Of a stretch of DNA of 64,000 nt, positions 19,521-28,463 are shown one piece after another. The notes beneath the pieces were generated by a model that searched no databases, was not told the DNA's origin, and saw only the letters and a program-made list of their open reading frames with translations. The position numbers and the translations under genes are program-made. Origin of the DNA: an archaeon. Lineage in GTDB: Archaea; Nanobdellota; Nanobdellia; SCGC-AAA011-G17; GW2011-AR17. Position 1 is the first letter of the stretch. Each line of letters begins with the position of its first letter. The stretch is from the NCBI GenBank assembly GCA_018656555.1, contig JABHZQ010000024.1, forward strand, positions 4,577-68,576. Reading direction: 5' to 3'.

Positions 19521-19613
19521 AACAAGCAAAAACTAGACTCTCTTTAAAAATCTTGTGGTTATAATAAAAAATTATATAAACCTTCTAATCCTAGCTAACT
19601 CTGTGGGGTAAAC

Positions 19614-21659
19614 ATGTTCTCTAAAATTAAGAAAAGAAGTGGTAGAATTGTAAGATTTCAAAGAAGTAAAGTAAAAGATTCTATTCTTAAGGCTATGAAG
19701 GACATAGACCATGTTGATGCACATACAGCAGAGGAAGTAACAAAAGAGATTATAAGAAGATTAAATGCAAAATTTGAGAAGATAACACCCACTGTAGAAG
19801 ACATACAAGATATAGTGGAAGATGCACTGATTTCTTATGATTTAGCTGACCTGGCTAAGGAATATATACTTTACAGGGCCCGGCACAAGGATCTTCAAGA
19901 CATGAAGAGGTTAATTGGGATAAGAAAAGATGAGTTAGAGTTAACAGTTAATGCAATTACTGTTTTGGAAAAAAGGTATTTATTGAGAAATAAGAAAGGA
20001 GAAATAAAAGAGAGCCCGAAACAGATGTTTCAAAGGGTTGCGAAGCATGCTGCTTCTATTGAAAAAGTAAAACTAAAGAAAAAATTCGAAAGTGAATTTT
20101 ATGGAATAATGAGTAATTTGGAGTTCCTGCCGAATACCCCCTGTTTAGTAAACTCAAATACTAAATTAGGGCAATTAAGTGCTTGTTTTGTTCTGCCTAT
20201 GGATGATTCAATAGAGAGCATATATTCAACACTTAAAACATCTGCTTCAATCTTCCAATCTGGTGGGGGAGTGGGTTATTCATTCTCAAATCTTAGACCT
20301 AAAGGGAGTATTATAGAAAGTATAAACCGATTCTCTTCTGGTCCAGTATCATTTATGGAAATATTTGACAAGTCTTCAGAAGTAATAAAACAAGGTGGAA
20401 TTAGAAGAGGAGCATCTCTTGGAGTTCTAAGAGTAGACCATCCAGATATTTTAGATTTTATAAGTTCAAAACCAAAATTAAAAAATTTTAACATTTCAGT
20501 AGCAGTAACTAATGATTTTATGAATAAAGTAATAGCAAATGAATCTTACTATCTAACAGATCATAAAAATAAGAGAATTAGAAAAATAAGAGCAAGAGAT
20601 GTATTTGAAATGATCTGCTCAAATGCTTGGAGCAATGGAGATCCTGGATTAATCTTTATCGACGAAATAAACAAAAAAAATACCTTAAAAAAATTGGGTA
20701 GGATTAAAACAACAAACCCTTGTGGTGAAACCACTCTTCTAGACAATGAATCCTGTGTTCTTGGTTCTATAAACCTATCAAAAATGGTAAGAAATGGAAG
20801 AGTTGATTGGGTTAAATTAAACAAAACATCCAGGCTTGGAGTAAGATTCCTAGATAATTTAATTGATGCTAATAAATATCCTTCAAAAGAAATAGAAATA
20901 ATCACAAAGGCAAATAGAAAAATAGGTTTAGGAGTAATGGGTTGGGCAGACATGTTAATAGAACTAGGAGTAAAATATGATTCTTATAATGCTTTAGAAT
21001 TAGCAAAGAAAGTAATGAAATTTATAAAAGAAAAAGCAGAAGATGAGTCAAAGAGAATAGGAAGAGAAAAAGGGGTGTTCAAAAACTACAAAAAATCAAA
21101 CCTAAAAACTAGAAGAAGAAATGCTACATTATTTGCAATAGCACCAACAGGCAGTATAAGTTTAATTGCTAACTGTTCATCTGGTATAGAACCTTTATTC
21201 GGATTATCCTATGTAAGAAACACTTTACAAACCAAGCTCTTTGAAGTTAATGAATCATTTAAACAACAATTAAGATTCTATGGATTATATTCAAAAGATT
21301 TAATTCTAAATGTAGCAAAACAAGGGTCAATAAAGAAAATTGATCTACCAAGAGAACTAAAATCTCTATATGTTACTGCATTTGATATCAAACCCGAATG
21401 GCATGTAAAAATGCAATCAACTTTCCAAAAATATGTTGATAATTCAGTATCCAAAACAGTAAACTTACCTAAAAATGCAACTGTCGAGGATATTAAAAAA
21501 ATATTTGTTCAGGCTTATAGATTAAAATGTAAAGGGATTACTCTATACCGATATGGAAGTCAGGATAAACAAGTACTTTATTTAGGAGAAAAAAAGGAAC
21601 CCACTAAAGTTTGTAGCGAATATAGTGGGGGATGTTTAATTAGAAATTGTAATTTTTGA
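19614..21659 (+). CDS. nrdJ: Class II (adenosylcobalamin-dependent) ribonucleotide reductase with ATP-cone
   Basis: N-terminal ATP-cone (IKKRSG..VEDIQD), FLPNTP, LSACFVL, TTNPCGE, CVLGSINL, IAPTGSIS, C-terminal Cys residues; no intein seen. Confidence 0.92.
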   Translation: MFSKIKKRSGRIVRFQRSKVKDSILKAMKDIDHVDAHTAEEVTKEIIRRLNAKFEKITPTVEDIQDIVEDALISYDLADLAKEYILYRARHKDLQDMKRLIGIRKDELELTVNAITVLEKRYLLRNKKGEIKESPKQMFQRVAKHAASIEKVKLKKKFESEFYGIMSNLEFLPNTPCLVNSNTKLGQLSACFVLPMDDSIESIYSTLKTSASIFQSGGGVGYSFSNLRPKGSIIESINRFSSGPVSFMEIFDKSSEVIKQGGIRRGASLGVLRVDHPDILDFISSKPKLKNFNISVAVTNDFMNKVIANESYYLTDHKNKRIRKIRARDVFEMICSNAWSNGDPGLIFIDEINKKNTLKKLGRIKTTNPCGETTLLDNESCVLGSINLSKMVRNGRVDWVKLNKTSRLGVRFLDNLIDANKYPSKEIEIITKANRKIGLGVMGWADMLIELGVKYDSYNALELAKKVMKFIKEKAEDESKRIGREKGVFKNYKKSNLKTRRRNATLFAIAPTGSISLIANCSSGIEPLFGLSYVRNTLQTKLFEVNESFKQQLRFYGLYSKDLILNVAKQGSIKKIDLPRELKSLYVTAFDIKPEWHVKMQSTFQKYVDNSVSKTVNLPKNATVEDIKKIFVQAYRLKCKGITLYRYGSQDKQVLYLGEKKEPTKVCSEYSGGCLIRNCNF

Positions 21660-21672
21660 GGAGGTGATTCAA

Positions 21673-21738
21673 ATGCCATGTGGATGCTGTTCAACTAAAA
21701 AAACTAAAAAAAAGGTTGTAAAGAAAAAAAAGAAATAA
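21673..21738 (+). CDS. 21-aa Cys/Lys-rich microprotein MPCGCCSTKKTKKKVVKKKKK
   Basis: Strong SD GAGGAGGTGA just upstream; fills the gap after the nrdJ stop; not in the ORF track. Confidence 0.55.
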   Translation: MPCGCCSTKKTKKKVVKKKKK

Positions 21739-21739
21739 A

Positions 21740-22000
21740 CTATCTTTTTCTTTTCTTAATTTTATTCTTATAAATATTATAAAACCCATAAATTGCAATA
21801 AAAAACCATATAATATTAATAACCAAAGAAGGATAAGCTTTGTTAAAAAATAAGTTTATAGCAAGTAAAACAGCCCCTATTAAATTCATTCCCTGATATA
21901 TTCTAGATCTACTTGTTAAATCATGGTGAGTTAATAGAAAGAATGCTGCAAGAATCAAAATTGCTCCAATCCAACCAAGGATTTCTATGACGAGAACCAT
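21740..22000 (-). CDS. Small 3-TM membrane protein (CBU_0592-like)
   Basis: ILGWIGAILIL.A...YQGMNLIGA...AYPS..NIIW pattern. Confidence 0.7.
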   Translation of the reverse strand: MVLVIEILGWIGAILILAAFFLLTHHDLTSRSRIYQGMNLIGAVLLAINLFFNKAYPSLVINIIWFFIAIYGFYNIYKNKIKKRKR

Positions 22001-22028
22001 TTAAAATAATAAAAAATAAGAAAAAGAT

Positions 22029-22418
22029 TTATCTTTTCTTCTTCTTAGCAACTTTTTTCTTTTTGGCTTTTTTCTTCACTTTCTTCTTAACTGCTTTTTT
22101 CTTCACTTTCTTTTTCACTACTTTCTTTTTCACTTTTCTTTTCACTGCTTTTTTCTTCACTTTCTTCTTCTTAGCCTTTTTCTTCCGCTTTCGACCGCCT
22201 CTAGCCATCTTAGCTTCACAAACATCACCTTTTTTGTCGATGTAATATAAGCATCCTTCTTTTCTTTTAATGCCTGATTTGTATACGACTTGTTGTTTGA
22301 AAGATCCTTTCATTCCAGGTCTTTTCATTTTTACCCTAGCTACATTTCCTTTCTTATCTAGAAAGTATAAATAACCAGGCTCTCTTTTTATTCCGCATTT
22401 GCATACTACTTTTGCCAT
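22029..22418 (-). CDS. Small basic protein with duplicated KR(E/K)xG(Y/C)LY(F/Y)xDKKG motif and histone H1-like Lys tail
   Basis: Internal duplication; KKKV/KKKA tail; SD GAGGTGA. Confidence 0.75.
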   Translation of the reverse strand: MAKVVCKCGIKREPGYLYFLDKKGNVARVKMKRPGMKGSFKQQVVYKSGIKRKEGCLYYIDKKGDVCEAKMARGGRKRKKKAKKKKVKKKAVKRKVKKKVVKKKVKKKAVKKKVKKKAKKKKVAKKKKR

Positions 22419-22528
22419 CAAAATTCACCTCATAGGTTTGATATTGTTTTATGTGTCTAATAAGTTTATAAACTTTATGTTTTCTCGTCGAGATAGCTTT
22501 ATATATTCTTTAGTATTCCATAGTAGTT

Positions 22529-23293
22529 ATGTGGATTCACAATCTCAATCCAGTACTACTTGATCTGGGACCTTTGGAAATTAGGTACTATGGTTTGGTC
22601 TATGTTCTTGGATTTCTATTTGCTTTATGGTGGCTAACTAGATATAGAGATAAAATTGGATTCACAAAGGATCAAGTCTATGATCTTATTTTCTACTTAA
22701 TTGTAGGTGGGGTAGTTGGTGCAAGACTATTCCATATCATCTTCTGGGAGCCTTCTTATTACTTGGCTAACCCTCTAAAAATACTCTTCTTTTGGGAAGG
22801 GGGGATGGCTTTCCATGGAGGGATAGTTGGGGGATTAATAGCTGCCTGGTTCTATAAGAAGAAAAAGGATTTCAATTTGTGGAAAGTAGCTGATCTATTG
22901 TCAATACCTATGGCTTTGGTATTCGCTCTAGGTAGGATAGCTAATTTTATCAATGGTGAATTACCTGGAACAATAACAAATCTCTCTTGGTGTGTAGACT
23001 TTGGTGATGGTCAATGTAGACACCCAGTACAAATCTATGCTACAATTAAGAGGTTGTTGATAGCTGGAGTTTTAGTTTTACTCTCAAGAAAGAAACACAA
23101 AGATGGATTCTTATTCTTCATAATGATCACTCTTCTAGGTATTGGAAGATTCTTTATAGACTTCTTAAGAGAGGACATATTATACTTAGGATTAAGCATG
23201 GGTCAATGGACTTCTCTAGTTATGTTCTTAGTTGGATTAGGAATATTACTAAAATGGTATAGAAAAGATATTAAAAAAATAATTAAAGTTTAG
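22529..23293 (+). CDS. lgt: Prolipoprotein diacylglyceryl transferase
   Basis: LGPLEIRYYG, GARLFH, EGGMAFHGG, GRIANFINGEL, RHPVQIY, RFFIDFLR. Confidence 0.92.
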   Translation: MWIHNLNPVLLDLGPLEIRYYGLVYVLGFLFALWWLTRYRDKIGFTKDQVYDLIFYLIVGGVVGARLFHIIFWEPSYYLANPLKILFFWEGGMAFHGGIVGGLIAAWFYKKKKDFNLWKVADLLSIPMALVFALGRIANFINGELPGTITNLSWCVDFGDGQCRHPVQIYATIKRLLIAGVLVLLSRKKHKDGFLFFIMITLLGIGRFFIDFLREDILYLGLSMGQWTSLVMFLVGLGILLKWYRKDIKKIIKV

Positions 23294-23669
23294 GGTTTCT
23301 AGCTTTTGCAACTGCAAGATACCAATCTCCAATATTACCACTATAATCTTCTACTGCAAAGAATTCTTGTCTATCTCCAAATACCATATCAGTTGGTGCT
23401 TTAAATGATATACTAGATCCTCTTACATCTGCTCCATTTATCAAGAGAAGATGATCTGCAAGTGCCTCTAAATCAGTTTCAGCACGAAGTACATCAAATT
23501 TTCTATTCACTCTATCCGGTCTTCCACTTGCACAATTAGGTAATATCGCTTCTGAAACTCCTATAAGTCCATAAAGATGCTGGTCTTGTGTATGGTCACC
23601 AGCTATCAAACTCAATTCTCCATCCTGAGTATCATACATTCTTAAATCTACTAAATGATAATTTGCCAT
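23283..23669 (-). CDS. Hypothetical protein (likely start MANYHL)
   Basis: The longer ORF start overlaps the divergent YkgJ gene; ATG at 23669 follows a TATA-like element. Confidence 0.55.
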   Translation of the reverse strand: MANYHLVDLRMYDTQDGELSLIAGDHTQDQHLYGLIGVSEAILPNCASGRPDRVNRKFDVLRAETDLEALADHLLLINGADVRGSSISFKAPTDMVFGDRQEFFAVEDYSGNIGDWYLAVAKARNPKL

Positions 23670-23745
23670 CTTAAGAGAGGTATTTATATGGTAATATCTA
23701 AGAATTTGGGAAAACTTTTTAAATGAATAATTCTCAAAAACACAG

Positions 23746-24123
23746 ATGATAAATTGCGATAGTTGTAATGGAGAATGCTGTAGAGATGTTACAGTAGAGC
23801 TAGATGAGCCAGAAGACATGGAGGATTGGCAAGACATCAGATGGATGGTTGCCCATGAGAATGTTTCAGTCTATCTTGATGATGAAGGAGATTGGGTTGT
23901 TGAATTTAGAACCCCTTGTTCAAAATTAGACAAAGATAACAAATGCACAATGTATGGAGTTAGACCTACAATGTGTAGAAATCATGAATTAGATTCTTGT
24001 GTTAAAAATGGAGAAGGTGATCTTCATAAAGTTAGGTTTGATACTATAGAAGAAATAGATGAATATATAGAAAAAGTAGCAAAACCTAAAATGGATTACG
24101 AAGCTTCTAAGAAATCCCAGTAG
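23746..24123 (+). CDS. YkgJ-family CxxCxxxCC cysteine-cluster protein
   Basis: CDSCNGECC..PCSKL..CTMYGVRPTMCR. Confidence 0.85.
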   Translation: MINCDSCNGECCRDVTVELDEPEDMEDWQDIRWMVAHENVSVYLDDEGDWVVEFRTPCSKLDKDNKCTMYGVRPTMCRNHELDSCVKNGEGDLHKVRFDTIEEIDEYIEKVAKPKMDYEASKKSQ

Positions 24124-24538
24124 ACCCTAAACCATTTTCATTTCTTTTTGTTTCACCTAAATCTTCTACTGGATCCCACTCTATTGTTTCATGTTTATTA
24201 ACTAGTAATTGGGCAATTCTATCTCCTTTTTTTATTGCAAAAGATTCTTCTCCCCAATTAATTAAAATAACTTTGATCTCTCCCCTAAAATCAGAATCAA
24301 TAGTTCCAACTCCATTAACACAACCAACCCCTTTTTTAAAAGCATGTCCAGATCTAGCTCTAACTTGTGCTTCATAACCTCTAGGAATTGCAAGTTTAAT
24401 TCCAGTAGGAACTCCCTTAAACTTTCCAGGTTCTATAACACAATCCTCTCTAGATCTTAAATCCAAGGCAGCAGAACCATCTGTCTCATATCTAGGCAAA
24501 GGTAAATTCTTATCCACTTGAACAACTTTAACTATCAT
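24107..24538 (-). CDS. dut: Trimeric dUTP diphosphatase
   Basis: AALDL, RARSG, GTIDSDFRGEI, GDRIAQL, RNENGLGSTG. Confidence 0.92.
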   Translation of the reverse strand: MIVKVVQVDKNLPLPRYETDGSAALDLRSREDCVIEPGKFKGVPTGIKLAIPRGYEAQVRARSGHAFKKGVGCVNGVGTIDSDFRGEIKVILINWGEESFAIKKGDRIAQLLVNKHETIEWDPVEDLGETKRNENGLGSTGIS

Positions 24539-26297
24539 AGTAATACATCCCCTTACTTCTTTGAGTCTTATCTAATTGTGAATCTAATTTATTTATCCTT
24601 GGTCTTTGAGTTTCCTTATCCAATCTATAAGTAATATCCAACATTTTCAAAACCTCATTCATTCCTTCTTTCTTACTTAATGGACCCATAACATGACCTT
24701 CTTTTCCAGGCTCTCCTTTGAAAACAAGCATTGAATCTCCTACAAAATCAATGAACTGCACATCGTGATCTACTATAATTGCACACTTCTCTCTTTTAAT
24801 CATAAAATCCTTAATAATTTCAGCAACCTTTAGCCTATCTTCTACATCAATAAAAGCAGAAGGCTCATCAAAAGCATAAACATCTGCATCTTTAGATAAA
24901 GTTACAGCAACATACAACTTTTGCAATTCCCCTCCAGACAATTTAGATGCATCATTATCTAACAAGTTCTTCAAATTTAATTTTTCCAATATATTTTGCT
25001 TATACCATCCAGAAGAAAACAAATCTTTAGCAGCTTCCATTAAAACCTGTCTAACAGTACCATGAATAGGTTCAATATACTGGGGCTTATAAGAAATATT
25101 AACACCCTTAATCTCTCCTTTAGTGGGCTTCTCAATTCCTGCCAATAATTTCAAAAAAGTGGTCTTACCTAGACCATTAGCTCCCATTATTGCTAACAAC
25201 TCTCCCTTCCTAATCTCTCCAGCATTAATCTTCAACTTAAAAGATTCAAACTCCTTTTCCAAAGCTGGAAACTCAAATAAAATCTCTTGATCAACACTTC
25301 TCTCTACCGCCCCACTAAACTTTATTGCATAATCTCGAAACCTAATATTATCATCGGGTAAATAACCATCAAGATATTCATTAATTCCTCTTCTAACTGA
25401 TTTAGATTGAGAAATAACTCCAAAAGCAGCTGGCTTTCCATAAACAATTTGAATTTCATCAGAAATATAATCTAAAGTAGCCAAGTCGTGTTCAACAACC
25501 ATAACTGCAACCCCTTCTTTAGCTAAAGAAGCAATTAATTTAGCAACCTTAATTCTTGAAGTAATATCTAAAAAAGAAGCAGGCTCATCAAAGAATAAGA
25601 AATTAGCATCTTTTATTGCAGTAGCAATTATAGCTAACTTTTGCAACTCCCCTCCGGACAACTTAGCAATCTCCCTTTCTCTTAAAGCATACAACCCTAA
25701 CTCCTTTAACAATTCATTCCCTCTACCCTTTGTATCAATTCTATCAATCAAACCACCAACTGTTCCTTTGTAAATCTGAGGAATCAATTCAATTCTCTGA
25801 GGTTTATATGCAATTTTAACTTCTTTATTATATAATTTTTTAAAATATTCTCCTAAAGTGACTGTAGAATAATGACCAATAACTTGTTCTTTAAGCCCAT
25901 CTAATTCAGTATGTCCTAAGTTGGGAACATACGCACTAGATAAAATTTGTAAAGCAGTAGTCTTACCAATACCATTCCTTCCTAAGATTCCAACAACCTT
26001 TCCCTCTTTGGGAATTGGCAACCTAAATAACTCAAAAGCATTCTTACCATATCTATGAATAGGATCTTCTTTTAATTCTTCAGGCAAATTAATAATACCA
26101 ATACATCCAACCGGGCATCTTTTAGGACAAATACCACACCCATTACAAAGTCCTTCATCAACAATTGGCTTTTCCTTCTCATCCAAAACAATGCATTCTC
26201 CACCAGTCCGATTTACTGGACAATACTTCCCACAGATAAAATCACAACCAGTACCTTGAATACACTTTGATTTATCTAAAATAGCTAATCTTGACAT
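24528..26297 (-). CDS. rli1: Ribosome recycling ATPase ABCE1/Rli1
   Basis: N-terminal Fe-S Cys motifs, two ABC domains (GRNGIGKT, GANGLGKT, LSGGELQ), RPRINK..SQLD. Confidence 0.95.
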   Translation of the reverse strand: MSRLAILDKSKCIQGTGCDFICGKYCPVNRTGGECIVLDEKEKPIVDEGLCNGCGICPKRCPVGCIGIINLPEELKEDPIHRYGKNAFELFRLPIPKEGKVVGILGRNGIGKTTALQILSSAYVPNLGHTELDGLKEQVIGHYSTVTLGEYFKKLYNKEVKIAYKPQRIELIPQIYKGTVGGLIDRIDTKGRGNELLKELGLYALREREIAKLSGGELQKLAIIATAIKDANFLFFDEPASFLDITSRIKVAKLIASLAKEGVAVMVVEHDLATLDYISDEIQIVYGKPAAFGVISQSKSVRRGINEYLDGYLPDDNIRFRDYAIKFSGAVERSVDQEILFEFPALEKEFESFKLKINAGEIRKGELLAIMGANGLGKTTFLKLLAGIEKPTKGEIKGVNISYKPQYIEPIHGTVRQVLMEAAKDLFSSGWYKQNILEKLNLKNLLDNDASKLSGGELQKLYVAVTLSKDADVYAFDEPSAFIDVEDRLKVAEIIKDFMIKREKCAIIVDHDVQFIDFVGDSMLVFKGEPGKEGHVMGPLSKKEGMNEVLKMLDITYRLDKETQRPRINKLDSQLDKTQRSKGMYYYDS

Positions 26298-26370
26298 GGG
26301 GATTAAGGAGAAATTGGGATTTATAGGTTTTGTGGTAAATTATTTAAATCACTCTTTATTCTCTCTACTA

Positions 26371-26505
26371 ATGAAATGTGCAATCTGTAAAGAAAAAATA
26401 GAAAATACCTTCTTAGGAAAGATTAAAGGTACACATGTTGGTAAAAAGGTAGTCTGCCCAGCTTGCCAGAAAAAACATAAAAACAATTTTAAAGAATTCT
26501 TATAA
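26371..26505 (+). CDS. Small zinc-finger protein (CxxC...CxxC)
   Basis: MKCAICKEKIENTFLGKIKGT..VCPACQ; TATA box upstream; the longer ORF start collides with the ABCE1 start. Confidence 0.65.
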   Translation: MKCAICKEKIENTFLGKIKGTHVGKKVVCPACQKKHKNNFKEFL

Positions 26506-26506
26506 T

Positions 26507-26578
26507 GCCATTGTAGCTTAAAGGTAGAGCACTAGTCTCGTAAACTAGAGGTTCCAGGTTCAAGTCCTGGCAATGGCT
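26507..26578 (+). tRNA. tRNA-Thr(CGT)
   Basis: GCCATTG/CAATGGC acceptor stem, CTAGT-CT-CGT-AA-ACTAG anticodon arm, TTCAAGT T-loop; no encoded CCA. Confidence 0.95.
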
Positions 26579-26617
26579 TTAATAAATTTTATAAATAGAT
26601 AGTAAAAAACATATATT

Positions 26618-27169
26618 ATGGCTACTATATATGATCTAATTGAACCAGGAGTAGATTATCTTTCATTTACACATAATGAATTTGGAGGAATAGTTGGAAG
26701 TTGTGATATTTTAGTTGGAAAGGTGTTAAAAGCAAATGAAGCAGGGATAAGGCTTGATGCTTTTAGAGTAACTGACATATCTGGAAGAGAAGTTAATGAT
26801 CGGGATATAATTCATGCCTTGCTTTATCGTCTCTATTCAAAAGATAGTCATGAAGTTGAAGTTTTAAAATATAACCGAGATATGCATATATCTGACGATG
26901 GTAGTCATTACTGGTGTTTAAGGGCTTTTGAACATTCTGGGTTAAGGTCTGTGATATCAGAAGCAAAAGAAAGACAAGATCCTACAGAAGTATTCAGAAG
27001 ATTAGACAAATTAGAGGGAAGCTTAGAAGAAGTTCCTGGAGAATTAAGACAAGGATATTTAGATATGTTAGCTGTTATGAGATCATTCAAATTTAATTTT
27101 AGACCCGAAGGAGATCCTCTTTTATTGGCAGCAAGAGAAGAAGTGGAACAAACTCTCCAAAGACCCTAA
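26618..27169 (+). CDS. Hypothetical protein
   Basis: 183-aa ORF preceded by TTTATAAA; no family recognised. Confidence 0.7.
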   Translation: MATIYDLIEPGVDYLSFTHNEFGGIVGSCDILVGKVLKANEAGIRLDAFRVTDISGREVNDRDIIHALLYRLYSKDSHEVEVLKYNRDMHISDDGSHYWCLRAFEHSGLRSVISEAKERQDPTEVFRRLDKLEGSLEEVPGELRQGYLDMLAVMRSFKFNFRPEGDPLLLAAREEVEQTLQRP

Positions 27170-27209
27170 TATAGAAACATATAAAAACCATTATTTTTTT
27201 CTAAATATT

Positions 27210-27318
27210 AACCTTTAGGACTGAATAGTGCAATAACCTACTTGTTTATCGGAACTACATTAAATGTGTTTCCTAACTTTAAACTTCAACGGTTTGCGCT
27301 CAGAGTTCCCGAAAGGTT
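27210..27318 (+). ncRNA. Candidate ~110-nt rod-shaped structured RNA
   Basis: Nested pairings AACCTTT/AAAGGTT, GGAC/GTTC, AGTGCAA/TTGCGCT, AACC/GGTT, GTTTA/TAAAC, GGAA/TTCC, ACATT/AATGT; TATAAAAA ~23 nt upstream; G-U pairs favour the + strand. Confidence 0.5.
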
Positions 27319-27352
27319 TATATATTATTAGTACCCCTGTAGAAGTAACAAA

Positions 27353-27421
27353 ATGGTAGAAAATAGCTTAACCAATATTACGTCTTTAAATCTAGTCTTA
27401 GCTATTACAATCTACTACTAA
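27353..27421 (+). CDS. Possible 22-aa leader peptide MVENSLTNITSLNLVLAITIYY
   Basis: First ATG after BRE-TATA (GAAAGGTTTATATA); followed by hairpin TCAGGTC/GACCTGA at 27424-27453. Confidence 0.35.
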   Translation: MVENSLTNITSLNLVLAITIYY

Positions 27422-27482
27422 ACTCAGGTCAATCCCGAGGAGGAGGGACCTGAAAGAATTCTTTTAGGTTCCAAGATATGAA

Positions 27483-28463
27483 ATGCAGAGAATAATCCCC
27501 GAAACAAGATGTAACAGATTAGACATGATATTCCAAGAAACAGAGAGATATCTCTCTTTTATGGAAAGTCAAGGTTATAGTCTGTTAAAACCTGCACTAG
27601 CAATGGCTCAACTAAAAATACCTATACCCTTTCTTCAAAAAACAGAAGCAAGAGTACAAGAAGAAATAGCCAATCACCGGGAATTTGTAAGACACCAATT
27701 AGATGTAGCTCAAATAGCTCTTGATGAAACCCTTAGTTATGTTTTTGAAGAACTAAGGGTGCAACCTGAAAGAGTACAAGATTCTCTTGCTATATACGAT
27801 CCAAGAGAAAGAACAACTCCCCTTGCAAAGTTAGTTGTTGATCCAAACCAACCTTTAGATAATTTTCACTATGAACCTACAGATATAATTTATATGAAAA
27901 AAGATGAAAATATATTCTTAAGTGATGGAAGAGCTATGAGGGATGAAAGAGAAGAACTAATGGTTGCAAGAATAGGGAAAGTTTACTATCTTTCAGATGG
28001 AACTGTGGTTCTAGCAAGAACAAAAAAGAATTGGGCTGAAAAAATAATCAGAGTTATGTACGCAGATGCCTTAGGCCAAAGAAAAGGATTTAGAGATCTA
28101 GCAGCATGTATGATTTTAGATAAAGGAGATAGAAGAGTAGAAAGAGATATAGCAAGTCTTTTAGAATTAGAATTAAGAAAAGATGGAAGAGATAATGGTG
28201 GAAAACCATTAAATCAATATTATACAAGTAAACTTCCAGTCCCTCTTGAAGTTCTAACATTATCTTTTGATACCTTTGAGAGAATGGAAACAGGAGATCT
28301 CTCCCACGAAAGAGTTTTCAAACAAAGAATAGGAAAAGAAATTGAAACAGCTGCATTAACCCACCGAGAGATTGCCCTAGCTTGGATAATTTTAAACAAA
28401 ACTTGTGACATGAGACATATAGCTCCCCAAGATGTTCATATGCCGCTTTCACCAATAAACTAG
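27483..28463 (+). CDS. Hypothetical protein with divergent RelA/SpoT synthetase-like C-terminal domain
   Basis: ARTKKNWAEK..RDLAACMIL..PLEVLTL..ERMETGDLSHERVFK parallels RxKxxxS..DLxGxRII..EIQIRT..AExGxAxHxxYK. Confidence 0.5.
   Translation: MQRIIPETRCNRLDMIFQETERYLSFMESQGYSLLKPALAMAQLKIPIPFLQKTEARVQEEIANHREFVRHQLDVAQIALDETLSYVFEELRVQPERVQDSLAIYDPRERTTPLAKLVVDPNQPLDNFHYEPTDIIYMKKDENIFLSDGRAMRDEREELMVARIGKVYYLSDGTVVLARTKKNWAEKIIRVMYADALGQRKGFRDLAACMILDKGDRRVERDIASLLELELRKDGRDNGGKPLNQYYTSKLPVPLEVLTLSFDTFERMETGDLSHERVFKQRIGKEIETAALTHREIALAWIILNKTCDMRHIAPQDVHMPLSPIN

Noticed and set aside
19614-21659. Intein in nrdJ (and in nrdD)
   Set aside because: Lengths are compact and motifs contiguous; no splice motifs.
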